This document shows positions 30,362-40,008 of a DNA stretch of 64,000 nt, piece after piece. The position numbers and the translations under genes are program-made. Numbering within the stretch: the first letter of the stretch is position 1; each line of letters begins with the position of its first letter. The stretch comes from a candidate division FCPU426 bacterium (lineage in GTDB: Bacteria > Oederibacteriota > Muellerivitia > Muellerivitales > Muellerivitaceae). Location of the stretch: NCBI GenBank assembly GCA_963719085.1, contig CAVRAL010000001.1:288001-352000 (forward strand), given 5' to 3'. A model generated the notes under the pieces. It made no database searches and was not told the origin of the DNA. It worked only from the letters and a program-made list of their open reading frames with translations.

Positions 30362-31897
30362 CTAACTTTTCCAGACGCTCCGGTCCAAATTCCGGTATTG
30401 GATGGCCTCGGCGATATAGGACGATTTGATGTTTTCCTCGTTGTCCAGGTCCGCGATGGTGCGGGCGACCTTCAAGATGCGGTCAAAGGCCCGGGCGGAT
30501 AATCCAAACCGGTCCATGGCGACTTTTAAGAGGGCCAAGGACGGTTCGTCCAAAGCCGCGTGTTTTTTCATCAAGGCCGGCGTCATCTGGGAATTGCAAT
30601 GGATGCCTTCGCCTTCATAGCGCTTAATTTGTATGGCCCTGGCCCGCGCCACCCTTTCCCGGATCGCGGCGGAAGGTTCGGCGGGCTCGTCTCCCGCGAT
30701 TTCTTTCCACTTGAGGGCGGGGACCTCAATATGAAGGTCGATGCGGTCCAAAAGGGGCCCTGAGATGCGGCTTAAATATTTTTGGATTTGATGGGGCGCG
30801 CAGATGCATTTGCGGGATGGGTCGGTGAAGTAGCCGCAGGGGCAGGGGTTCATGGCCGCCGCCAGCATGAATTGGGCGGGGAAGGTGAGCGAGGATTGGA
30901 CCCTGGCGATGGTGACCGAGCCGTCTTCCAAGGGTTGGCGCAAGACTTCCAAGACGTTTTTATTAAATTCCGGAAACTCATCCAAAAATAAAACCCCGTT
31001 ATGGGACAAACTCACTTCGCCGGGCTTGGGAATGGTGCCGCCGCCGATAAGCCCGGCGTCCGAAACCGTGTGATGGGGCGAGCGAAAGGCCCGGGTGGCC
31101 ACCAGGGCTTTGCGCCGCCCCAGGGTTCCGGCGATGGAATGGATCTTGGTGGTCTGGATCGCTTCTTCCAACGACAGCGGCGGCAGGATAGTCGGAAGTC
31201 TTTTGGTCAGCATGGTTTTGCCCGAGCCCGGCGGGCCCACCAACAAAATGTTGTGGCCGCCGGCCGCGCCGATTTCCAGCGCCCGCTTGGCGTGCTCCTG
31301 GCCCTTGACGTCGGAAAAATCAAATTTGTAGGTGGAGTGCTGCTTGAACTCCTCCTCAACGTTGACCTCGATGGGCCGGAGCGTTTTTGTCCCCAGTAAG
31401 AACTCGTAAATTTCCCGCAAGGTTTTGACGGCGTAAATCGGGATTTCCCGGACCACGCCGGCTTCCTTCGCGTTGTCCACGGGAACCAACAATCCTTTGA
31501 CTTTGGATTCGCGGGCCGCCAAGGCGATGGAAAGGGCGCCCCGGATGGGCCTGATTTTTCCATCGAGGGAAAGCTCCCCGACCATCCAGTAGCCTTCCAA
31601 CGCTTTGGCGGGGATCACGCCTGAGGCGGCCAAGATTCCCACCGCGATCGGCAGGTCGAAGGACGGGCCTTCTTTTTTAGTATCGGCGGGGGCGAGATTG
31701 ACCGTGATGCGCTGGATGGGGAAAGCGAATTGGGAATTGGTGACGGCGCTTTTCACCCGGTCTTTGGACTCCTTGACGGCGGCGTCCGGCAGTCCTACGG
31801 TTTGAAAGGTGGGAAGGCCCGGGCTGATGTCGACCTCCACATCCACCGGGTAGGCATCGATCCCTAAGAGGGCGGCGCTTTTAATGTTGGAAAGCAT
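30362..31897 (-). CDS. comM: YifB/ComM Mg-chelatase-like AAA+ ATPase
   Basis: VGLPDAAVKES, GPPGSGKT, FRSPHH, LFLDE, NPCPCG, SGPLLDRID. Confidence 0.95.
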   Translation of the reverse strand: MLSNIKSAALLGIDAYPVDVEVDISPGLPTFQTVGLPDAAVKESKDRVKSAVTNSQFAFPIQRITVNLAPADTKKEGPSFDLPIAVGILAASGVIPAKALEGYWMVGELSLDGKIRPIRGALSIALAARESKVKGLLVPVDNAKEAGVVREIPIYAVKTLREIYEFLLGTKTLRPIEVNVEEEFKQHSTYKFDFSDVKGQEHAKRALEIGAAGGHNILLVGPPGSGKTMLTKRLPTILPPLSLEEAIQTTKIHSIAGTLGRRKALVATRAFRSPHHTVSDAGLIGGGTIPKPGEVSLSHNGVLFLDEFPEFNKNVLEVLRQPLEDGSVTIARVQSSLTFPAQFMLAAAMNPCPCGYFTDPSRKCICAPHQIQKYLSRISGPLLDRIDLHIEVPALKWKEIAGDEPAEPSAAIRERVARARAIQIKRYEGEGIHCNSQMTPALMKKHAALDEPSLALLKVAMDRFGLSARAFDRILKVARTIADLDNEENIKSSYIAEAIQYRNLDRSVWKS

Positions 31898-32093
31898 GAA
31901 TTTTCCATGAAATCTGAAGAGGTTAAAAAAACGAAAACGTATAAGTTTCATAACAATTCATGGATAATAAATCAAGGTAAAATGTTGCATAAATAGTACT
32001 ATTTTAAAGCGGGGCCCGCCGTCACACTTGAAAAGGCTTTGGGAGGCGGTTAAGATACGGCTCCCGTTTTACCAATTAAATCAAGAGGAATTC

Positions 32094-32381
32094 ATGGCCA
32101 ACAATTCGGAAAAAGTAAATGTCACCATCCACGAAAAAGATTTTGAGGTGGAGTTGTTCGAGAAGCAAGGCAAGGTTTTCGCCAAGGCCCACATCAATAA
32201 TTTCGGTGAGGTCAGTGTTCCGGATTTCGGCGGCGGAAAAGACCGGGCGATCCAAAATATCCAAGCCAGGATCGGGAACATCCTGATCGCTTTGGAATCG
32301 GATGAGGCGCGGGAAACCCGCCGCAAACAACGGGAAGAAGAGCTGCAGGCCAAGCGCCAGCAGGCCAATAACAATAACTAA
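32094..32381 (+). CDS. Hypothetical protein with coiled-coil tail
   Basis: GAGG RBS, 95 aa, followed by terminator. Confidence 0.65.
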   Translation: MANNSEKVNVTIHEKDFEVELFEKQGKVFAKAHINNFGEVSVPDFGGGKDRAIQNIQARIGNILIALESDEARETRRKQREEELQAKRQQANNNN

Positions 32382-32442
32382 AGTCGATGGATGACAGTGT
32401 CCCCGCTTCGCGGCGGGGCACCGAGGGGATCCCCCCCTCTTG

Positions 32443-32474
32443 AAGCCTCGGAACCCCATCCGAGGCTTTTTTTT
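32443..32474 (+). terminator. Intrinsic terminator
   Basis: aagcctcgga / tccgaggctttttttt. Confidence 0.8.
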
Positions 32475-32503
32475 GCCCAAAAATAGCCGGGACCGAAGAC
32501 ATC

Positions 32504-32576
32504 TTTGCATTGATGAAGGCTGATGAAGACGGATGGAAAATACCCATCAATCTTTATCATTGTTTATCAATGCAAA
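32504..32576. repeat. REP-like palindrome, family R2 (uninterrupted copy)
   Basis: tttgcattgat / atcaatgcaaa terminal IR with internal ~10-mer GAANNCNGAT repeats. Confidence 0.6.
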
Positions 32577-32593
32577 ACTATTGTTTTGGGGAG

Positions 32594-33049
32594 TTATTCA
32601 ATCCAGAAGCTGATGACTTCCAGGTTTTTATTGGATTGCCGCAGGCGGTTGGAAAGAACCTTAATGATGATGTCCATCAGCTTCAAAGCCGTGTGGGGCT
32701 TCTCCGCGCGCAATTGCTTGTAGCCTTCCAACGTGATCACGAGGACATCGGAGTCCGCCGTGGCCTTGACCGCGGCCGAGCGCGGAAGTCCGTCCAAAAG
32801 GGCCATTTCCCCGAAAAATTCGCCGGGATTCAGGACCGCGATGGTGTTTTCTTGGTTTTTGACCTTCTTTAAAATTTTAACGGCGCCGGATTTCAGGATG
32901 TACATGCTGTCGCCCTTGGAATCCTCGTCGAAAATCAGGTCTTCTTTTTTATAGACCTTTTCTTGCCCGATCGAACCGAGCGCTTCCAGGTCCGCCGCGT
33001 CAAAGCTTTTAAAAGGGGCGTATTTCGAAAGATAGCTGACGTCCGGCAT
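32594..33049 (-). CDS. Stand-alone cyclic-nucleotide-binding domain protein
   Basis: GEFFGEMALLDGLPRSA phosphate-binding cassette; no HTH. Confidence 0.9.
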   Translation of the reverse strand: MPDVSYLSKYAPFKSFDAADLEALGSIGQEKVYKKEDLIFDEDSKGDSMYILKSGAVKILKKVKNQENTIAVLNPGEFFGEMALLDGLPRSAAVKATADSDVLVITLEGYKQLRAEKPHTALKLMDIIIKVLSNRLRQSNKNLEVISFWIE

Positions 33050-33123
33050 GGGAATTCTCCTTGGGGTTTGAGTCGGCGTTCATTTTGAAAGATTTCATTT
33101 TAAGAAGCAACAGTAAAAAAGCC

Positions 33124-34971
33124 TCAACCGTGGGTGGGCGAAGAGGGCATGGGCGGCGCCTCGGTTTCCTCAATCAGTTCATCCGTAGGCAGGTGGGTCA
33201 TGGGAGCGATCACTTCCATGGCTTCCAACACCTGGGCTTCCTGCTCGATGTTATCCACATTGACATTGGCGATGGCGTTCAAAACCGACTGGCCTTCCGA
33301 GGGCAGGTCGTCAAACACATAGCCGTCCAAAGCCGAAACCGGCAGAGGAAGATCGGGGTTGTAAAGGGGGATATCCCCCAGCGGGCCTTCGGGCAAGATC
33401 ATGGGCCGGGCGACAACGGGCGCCGGGGGTTCGTAGGCGGGCGCTTCGACGGGTTCATGAACCGGGGCGGCTTCTTCCGCCACAGGCTCAACTTCAACCG
33501 GTGCCGCTTCGACAACGGGTTCAGGCGCGGGTGGAACCGGCGCGGGCGGCGGAGTGGCGGCTTTGGGTATCGGGGGGACGGGCGCCGCTGAAATGACGGG
33601 CGCGGCAGGAGCTTTAGGAATCGGCGGCATAGTCCCCATAGGGGGGGCGGAGGCGGCCACCGGGGGCGCCGCGGGGGCTGGTGCCACGGGGATTGGGGGA
33701 GCGACGGGAGCCGCCGGCGCGGGCGCGCCAGGATTTTTAGCGGCCCTGGCCTTGGCCAAAACCTGTTTCAAATGTTCCTTCGGATCCAATAATTTCACGC
33801 CGCCTGGATCACCCGGAGACGCCGGCGAAGCGGGGGCGGACGAGGCGGATTCCGTTGGCGCGGCCGCTGAAGCGGAAGCTTCGGCCGGCGCGGCGGCGGG
33901 CGCTGGTTCGGCCGCCGAACCGGCGGGCGCGTCCTGGCGCTTGATGTCGAGCAGTTCGTCGACTTGGGCCAGGTCAATGTTCTTCAGTTTGGCGAGCCGG
34001 GTCTTGGCCTCGTCCACCATGGCGCCGGTGTCATGGATGCGGATGAATTTTTCATACTCGGCCACGGCCTTTTCCGTGATGCCCTTGTTCTCGTAAACCT
34101 GCCCCAAAATGAAATGGGCGTTGGCGTAGCTGGGCTCCAGCTTGATGGCCACGCGGTACTCGTTGATGGCTTGCTTATAAAGGCGCAGCTTGTCGTAAAT
34201 CAGTCCCAGGGTATTGTGGGCCTTGGCGCTTTGGGGATTGAGCGTGACCACGGACACGAATGATTCCACCGCCTTTTGGAAATCGCCTTTGCGCTCATAG
34301 GCGAAACCCATGGCCATGAAGGAAGACTCAAAACGGGGATCCAGGCGGCAGGCTTCCTGGAACGACTTGACGGCCTTGTCCAAAAATTGCTGTTTGGCGT
34401 AAAGCACGCCCATGTCGTAGGCGATCTTGGCTTTGTTTTTTCCGCTCTTGGCCGCTTCCTCTAATTTTTTAAGGGCGGTTTCCATATTGCCCGCGGTGTC
34501 TTTGTCGATGCCCAGGCGGTGGTAGGATTCGGTGTAGGAGGGATCCAATTCCATCGCCACTTGGAATTCTTTCATGGCCTTGGCGTATTGACCCAATTCG
34601 TAATAGACGTTGCCCAAGTTGTTGAAGTAAGTGGCGATTTTGGGATTGCGGTAGATCGCGTCCTCGAACACTTTGATGGCGTCGTTGTAGCGCTCGGTGC
34701 GGGCGTAGGCCAGGCCTAAATTGTTCCAGGCTTCGGGGGCGGCGTTTTCGACCGTGGTGGCTTTTTTGAAGGCCATGATGGCCTCGTCGTTTTGGCCCAG
34801 GTCGGAATAAATGAAACCCGTGGCCGTATAGGCTTCCATATAGTTGGGATCAATATCGAGGGCTTTTTGGATTTCCTTCAGGGCCTTGGCGCTATCGCCT
34901 TGTTCCGCCAGTTTCTGGGCGGACTCAACGAGTTCTTTCTTTTTGTCGTCTTTGCTTCCGAATAGGGCCAT
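33124..34971 (-). CDS. TPR protein with Pro/Ala-rich linker and acidic tail
   Basis: Multiple TPRs (AWNNLGLAY, YFNNLGNVY, AHNTLG) followed by low-complexity region. Confidence 0.85.
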   Translation of the reverse strand: MALFGSKDDKKKELVESAQKLAEQGDSAKALKEIQKALDIDPNYMEAYTATGFIYSDLGQNDEAIMAFKKATTVENAAPEAWNNLGLAYARTERYNDAIKVFEDAIYRNPKIATYFNNLGNVYYELGQYAKAMKEFQVAMELDPSYTESYHRLGIDKDTAGNMETALKKLEEAAKSGKNKAKIAYDMGVLYAKQQFLDKAVKSFQEACRLDPRFESSFMAMGFAYERKGDFQKAVESFVSVVTLNPQSAKAHNTLGLIYDKLRLYKQAINEYRVAIKLEPSYANAHFILGQVYENKGITEKAVAEYEKFIRIHDTGAMVDEAKTRLAKLKNIDLAQVDELLDIKRQDAPAGSAAEPAPAAAPAEASASAAAPTESASSAPASPASPGDPGGVKLLDPKEHLKQVLAKARAAKNPGAPAPAAPVAPPIPVAPAPAAPPVAASAPPMGTMPPIPKAPAAPVISAAPVPPIPKAATPPPAPVPPAPEPVVEAAPVEVEPVAEEAAPVHEPVEAPAYEPPAPVVARPMILPEGPLGDIPLYNPDLPLPVSALDGYVFDDLPSEGQSVLNAIANVNVDNIEQEAQVLEAMEVIAPMTHLPTDELIEETEAPPMPSSPTHG

Positions 34972-35072
34972 GAGTGTTACCGTTTAACTTAGTTGAAATG
35001 TCAGCAGGACGCACATTGTAGCCCCGAGGCTTTTTAAAGGTCAATGCGGGAAAAAGGCCAAATCAGCGGGGA

Positions 35073-36482
35073 TTAGAGACGGGGGAAACCCGGCGGCATG
35101 CCGCCGAGTCCGGGAGGCGCTCCACCCGGGAATCCGCCCGGCGGCATACCCATTCCGCCTCCCATTTGTTGCATTTTTTGGAGCAGTCCGGGTTTTTTCA
35201 TAACTTTGCGCATCATGTCATATTGTTTCAAAAGGCTGTTCACCTCATCGGCGCGGGTCCCGCTGCCCTGGGCGATGCGTCGGCGGCGCGAGCCGTCCAG
35301 CACTTGGGGGAATTGGCGTTCCTTAGGCGTCATGGAAAGCAGGATGGCTTCCATGCGTTTGAGCTTCTTTTCATCAGGCGCCCCGGCGGTCATTTGTTTT
35401 TTAGCCGCCGCGCCGCCTGGCATCATGGAGATCAGGTCGGTCATGGAACCCATTTTTTGGATTTGGCGCAGTTGATCAAGCAGGTGGTCCAAATTAAAGT
35501 CGGAAGCCTTGGAAAGCTTTTGTCTCTCGAAAGCCGTGTCCTTGGCGATGGCCTCGGCTTTCTCAATGAGGGTCAACATGTCGCCCATGCCCAAAATACG
35601 CGAGGCCATACGGTCGGGATAAAAGGGATCCAAGCCGTCCATCTTTTCGCTCACGCCCACGAATTGGATCGGTACGCCGGTGACGGAGGTGATGGAAAAA
35701 ATCGCCCCGCCCCGGGAATCACCGTCCGCCTTGGTGAGCACCAATCCGGTCAAGGGCAATTTGGCGTGGAAGGCCTGCGCCACTTGGACGGCGTTTTGTC
35801 CCGTCATGGCGTCCACCACCAAAAGGATGTTCGAGGGTTTTAGTTTTTGCTGGATTTGGGCGATCTCATTCATCATCGCCTCGTCGATTTGCAAACGTCC
35901 CGCCGTATCCAAGATGAGCAGGTTGCAGTTGTTCGCCAGGGCGGTCTTGACCGCGCGGACGCAAACGTCCAAAGCGGTTTCACCGTTCTCGGGCTTGAAG
36001 AAGGGGACGTCAACTTCCTTCGCCAAGGTTTCCAATTGGTCCATGGCGGCGGGGCGCACTAAGTCGGCGGCCACCAGCCCGGGTTTGCGTCCGTCTTTTT
36101 TGAGGAACGCGGCCAGCTTGGCGGCGGTGGTGGTTTTTCCGGTTCCCTGTAAGCCCGCTAAAAGAATCAAGGTCGGCGGAGCCGGGGCGAAACGCAATTT
36201 AACGGCGTTGCGGTCTTTGGGGGTGAGCAGGGAAGTGAGTTCCTCGTTCACGATCTTGATCAAGACTTGGCCGGGGGTCAGGCTTAGGGCCACGTCCCGT
36301 CCCAGGGCCTTGGCTTTGACCCGGTCGAGGAAAAGCTTGGCGGTATCCAAGTGAACGTCGGCTTCCAACAGCGCGGCCCGAACCTGTCCCAGGGCCTGCT
36401 CAATATTCTCATCGGTCAGTTTTCCCTGGCCGCGGAGGTTTTTGAAAACCTTTTGGATGTTTTCCGTCAGTTGGTCGAACAT
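35073..36482 (-). CDS. ffh: Signal recognition particle protein Ffh
   Basis: GLQGTGKTT, DTAGR, TKADGDSRGG, M-domain SMTPKER...SRRRRIAQGSG. Confidence 0.97.
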   Translation of the reverse strand: MFDQLTENIQKVFKNLRGQGKLTDENIEQALGQVRAALLEADVHLDTAKLFLDRVKAKALGRDVALSLTPGQVLIKIVNEELTSLLTPKDRNAVKLRFAPAPPTLILLAGLQGTGKTTTAAKLAAFLKKDGRKPGLVAADLVRPAAMDQLETLAKEVDVPFFKPENGETALDVCVRAVKTALANNCNLLILDTAGRLQIDEAMMNEIAQIQQKLKPSNILLVVDAMTGQNAVQVAQAFHAKLPLTGLVLTKADGDSRGGAIFSITSVTGVPIQFVGVSEKMDGLDPFYPDRMASRILGMGDMLTLIEKAEAIAKDTAFERQKLSKASDFNLDHLLDQLRQIQKMGSMTDLISMMPGGAAAKKQMTAGAPDEKKLKRMEAILLSMTPKERQFPQVLDGSRRRRIAQGSGTRADEVNSLLKQYDMMRKVMKKPGLLQKMQQMGGGMGMPPGGFPGGAPPGLGGMPPGFPRL

Positions 36483-36673
36483 GATTTCCTCAAATTGGGT
36501 GAATCACCAGGAGGCTTGCCCGGGGGAAGTCGAAAGGCTTGTCCGGCGTAGCCCTTTGGGCGAAGACGGAAGCAATTGTATGGATATTCCGGCTGATTAC
36601 CAGTCCCCCGAAGGGCCCCCGGGCCGTTCAAATAGCTATAAAACCCCTGTCTTTCTTCATACACTAGCGCCTT

Positions 36674-37570
36674 ATGAAATTGTCCCTCAGGGTTCTTTGC
36701 CTATTAGTACTGACGACGGTCACGGGCTTTTGCCAGGCTACGCCGACAGTCCCAACCACGGATCATTTCTTCACGGCCAGCGATGGCGTCACGCTTCATT
36801 ATCTGGAAGCGGGACAGGGGCCGACGCTGGTCTTTATCCCGGGTTGGACTATGCCGGCCGATATTTGGGCCGCGCAGACCGCCTTTTTTTCCACCCGCTA
36901 TCAGGTGGTGGTGCTGGACCCCCGCTGCCAGGGAAAATCCCAGATCATCACCCAAGGGCTTACCGTTTTGAGAAGGGCGCGGGATATTCAAGAGCTTTTA
37001 ACCCAACTGAAGGCCTCCAAACCGGTTTTGATCGGCTGGTCCATGGGAGGGAGCGAAGCGCTGGCTTATTTGGGCCAGTATGGCTGCGCCGGGCTCACGG
37101 GAGTTGTTTTGGTCGACGCGCCCCCGGGGTCGGACCCGACGAAGGTCCAGCAATTGAAAAGGCGGGAGCTGATTCAACGGCTTCAAGACGACCGCGGCAA
37201 AGAAACGAATTCTTTCGTGCGCTGGATGTTTCATAAGCCCCAATCGGAGAACTATTTAACGGGCCTCATGATGGAAGCCTTAAAAACCCCCACGCCCGAG
37301 GCGGTGGCCTTGCTCCAAGACCTTTATACGGTTTCAAATTGGCGTCCGGATTATTCCAAGATCGACCTTCCGGTGCTGGGTTTCGCTTCTGAAAGTTATG
37401 CCGCCGAGGAACAGTGGCTTCAAACCAAAATAAAAGGGATGAAAGTGGAGATGGAGCCCGGTGCCGGCCACGCGCTTTTCGTGGATGAAGCCGGTCATTT
37501 CAACAAGCAAACCCAAAAATTCCTGAATCATATCGGCTATCCGGGAAACCCGAAGGGCTCCAAGTCATGA
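36674..37570 (+). CDS. Exported alpha/beta hydrolase
   Basis: Signal peptide; FIPGW, GWSMGG nucleophile elbow, AGHALF. Confidence 0.9.
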   Translation: MKLSLRVLCLLVLTTVTGFCQATPTVPTTDHFFTASDGVTLHYLEAGQGPTLVFIPGWTMPADIWAAQTAFFSTRYQVVVLDPRCQGKSQIITQGLTVLRRARDIQELLTQLKASKPVLIGWSMGGSEALAYLGQYGCAGLTGVVLVDAPPGSDPTKVQQLKRRELIQRLQDDRGKETNSFVRWMFHKPQSENYLTGLMMEALKTPTPEAVALLQDLYTVSNWRPDYSKIDLPVLGFASESYAAEEQWLQTKIKGMKVEMEPGAGHALFVDEAGHFNKQTQKFLNHIGYPGNPKGSKS

Positions 37571-40008
37571 ACTTATTCAAATCCCCGCTTTGGCCTTTGT
37601 TCCTGGTTTCAGCAGCCTCGGTCGGGTTCGAGGTCGAGCTGACGCGCTATTTCGCCATCGCCAGTTGGTCCGAGTATGGCTATTGGGTCATCTCCATCGT
37701 GATGGTGGGTTTCGCGGCGGGTGGGGTTTTGTTGAGCCTGTTGAAAGATTTTTTTGAGGAGTGGGCTCCGCGATTTTTATTTTGGATTCCGATTTTACTC
37801 ATGGCGGCGGGGGCCCTGGGTTTTTACGCGGCCACGCTGGTTCCGTTCAACCCCTTGGGATTCCAAAATCCGGATTTATGGTTCGATCAGTTGGTGAATG
37901 TCTGGAAATACTACGCGGTGCTTTTTCCGTTTTTCTTTTTGACTGGAATCTACATCGGCCTTTCGTTCCTTCGTTTTGCCGACCGTATCCCCTCGGTTTA
38001 CGCGGCGGACCTGATGGGCGCGGGGGCGGGTTCGCTCCTTCTGATGGGTCTGCTTTACCTGATTCACCCTTTCCATCTTTTAACGGCTTTGATTCCATTG
38101 CTATTTTTTGCTTCGTTACTGGGCCTCAAGAATCTTCCGGCTCGAAAAGCTCTTTGGGCTTTGGTGATCGTGGTTGTTTTTCTATTCAGCGAAGCGGCCT
38201 CGGTCTTTCTGAATCAGGCCGATTACTGCGAATACAAAGCCGTTTATCCGCCCCTGCATGTGGCGGGGAACAAGATCGTGGGCCAAATTCTGTCGCCCCG
38301 GGGCCAGTATCTGGCGCTGGATAATTTTACCGAGCGCGTGGATGTGGACCTTTCCAACAACTACAGTCTGCTCAAGGTGAATGGACCGCCACTGGCCTTT
38401 GGCATTTATCTGGATGGCAACCGGATTACCGAACTTCCAAAGTCACTTCCCGTGGACCTGTCTTATTCCAAGGCTTCGCTGGATGTGCTTCCTTATTATT
38501 TGCGGCAGGGGTCGCGCTGTTTATTGGTGGGAACCCGGGGCGGCTTCAAGATTCGCGAGGTTTTGACCCATGAGGCCCGTCAGGTCGACGCTTTGGAACC
38601 GGACCCGAACCTATATGCCTTTGTGACGCGGGAACACCTGGAACTGGAAGAGGGGCCAAAATCGCATGTTCAGCTTTTCGCTGAAACGCCCTCGGGATTC
38701 CTTCGAAACCACGCGGGGCCTTACGACATCATCGACCTCTCGGCCGAGTTTTTAAACCAAGGGGACGCCAACAAATTCGCGTTCACCCAGGAGACCCTGC
38801 GCCAATATTTTAACGCGCTGTCGCCCGGGGGAATCATCTCTATCCCGTCCTCTATTCGGGAATTCACCGTTTATGCCCTGAAGGAAGAAGAAAGCGCGCT
38901 TGTGCTTCTTCATTCAGAGGGTGTGGCTGATCCCGAAAAGCATTTGATCCTGTACCGCTCGGCCTGGAGCACCCAGCTTTTGATCTTTAAAAGCGAGGTT
39001 CGGCCGGCGGACCTGGTGATGCTTAAAAAATTCTGCTCCCGCCGTTCCTTTGACACGTCTTATTTCCCCGGGATTGAGCCGAAAAAGCTGGAAATCTGGA
39101 ATGACCTTCCACCCATCAGTTTTGATCAGAACGCGGCTTATGACCGCTCGGACAAGGCGGCGGATTCTTTAATGGATGACAGCTTGAAGCTTTTGTCCAA
39201 GGACCATGACGCCTTCGTGAAGGGTTATTTCTTCAACTTAACGCCGTCCACACAAGATCGGCCCTTCTTTTATTCCATCCTGCGGCTCTCGAACCTCGGG
39301 CAGATTCTTTCCAACATTACGCTGATTCCCCGGGAAGAAATCGGTTATCTCATTAATCTCGCTGTGTTGGCCCAGTCGATTCTATTGGCCTTGGTAGTTT
39401 TGATTTTGCCTTTGATTTTTAAAAGACAAACCCATTTTCACGGCATGACCAGCGTGGCCTTTTACTTCGCCGGATTGGGTTTGGGTTTTTTATTCATTGA
39501 GATATTTTTAATTGAAAAGGCTTCTTACTTTTTAGGCGACCGGGCGATGGCCTTTACCCTGGTGCTTTGCGGAATGCTTTTCTTTTCCGGGCTCGGCAGT
39601 TGGGCGGCGGGCCGCCTGTTTTGGATTGAAAGGGGACTGGCCTTGGCCCTGGGCGGCGTGGGGATTTGGCTCATCCTCTGTTTCTTCGGACTCAACGGCT
39701 TTTTAAGCGCTTTTCTTTCCAGCCCTGTGCTTTTAAAATGCGCTCTTTTACTGGTGGTCTTGGCGCCGGTTTCTTTCGCGCTCGGCATGCCATTCTCGCT
39801 GGGCTTAAGCCGATTAAAATCGGAAGGCGGAATGGTGCCTTGGGCCTGGGCTTTGAACGGGGCCTTTTCGGTGGTGGCCACGCCCTTAGCGAATCTTTTG
39901 GCCAACAGCACGGGCTATAGCCTTTTACTTTGGCTCAGCTTTGGCCTTTATTTGATCGTGTATTTGTTTTTCTCAAAACTAGGAACTTCCCGGGGAGCGA
40001 TGAAATGA
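37567..40008 (+). CDS. Polytopic membrane protein with spermidine-synthase-like SAM-binding domain
   Basis: About 7 TM + soluble domain (LLVGTRGG, VDALEPDP, YDIIDL, TQDRPFF) + about 7 TM; VYAADLMGAG and WAWALNG motifs. Confidence 0.8.
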   Translation: MNLFKSPLWPLFLVSAASVGFEVELTRYFAIASWSEYGYWVISIVMVGFAAGGVLLSLLKDFFEEWAPRFLFWIPILLMAAGALGFYAATLVPFNPLGFQNPDLWFDQLVNVWKYYAVLFPFFFLTGIYIGLSFLRFADRIPSVYAADLMGAGAGSLLLMGLLYLIHPFHLLTALIPLLFFASLLGLKNLPARKALWALVIVVVFLFSEAASVFLNQADYCEYKAVYPPLHVAGNKIVGQILSPRGQYLALDNFTERVDVDLSNNYSLLKVNGPPLAFGIYLDGNRITELPKSLPVDLSYSKASLDVLPYYLRQGSRCLLVGTRGGFKIREVLTHEARQVDALEPDPNLYAFVTREHLELEEGPKSHVQLFAETPSGFLRNHAGPYDIIDLSAEFLNQGDANKFAFTQETLRQYFNALSPGGIISIPSSIREFTVYALKEEESALVLLHSEGVADPEKHLILYRSAWSTQLLIFKSEVRPADLVMLKKFCSRRSFDTSYFPGIEPKKLEIWNDLPPISFDQNAAYDRSDKAADSLMDDSLKLLSKDHDAFVKGYFFNLTPSTQDRPFFYSILRLSNLGQILSNITLIPREEIGYLINLAVLAQSILLALVVLILPLIFKRQTHFHGMTSVAFYFAGLGLGFLFIEIFLIEKASYFLGDRAMAFTLVLCGMLFFSGLGSWAAGRLFWIERGLALALGGVGIWLILCFFGLNGFLSAFLSSPVLLKCALLLVVLAPVSFALGMPFSLGLSRLKSEGGMVPWAWALNGAFSVVATPLANLLANSTGYSLLLWLSFGLYLIVYLFFSKLGTSRGAMK

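Noticed and set aside
32400..32439. Miniature version of the two-hairpin element
   Set aside because: Similar layout (ccccgc/gcgggg, cacc, gagggg/cccctc) but too short and not inside a host palindrome, so membership cannot be supported
36483..36673. SRP RNA (ffs) next to ffh
   Set aside because: The conserved helix-8 motif (CAGG-CCGGAAGG-AGCAGC) is absent on both strands
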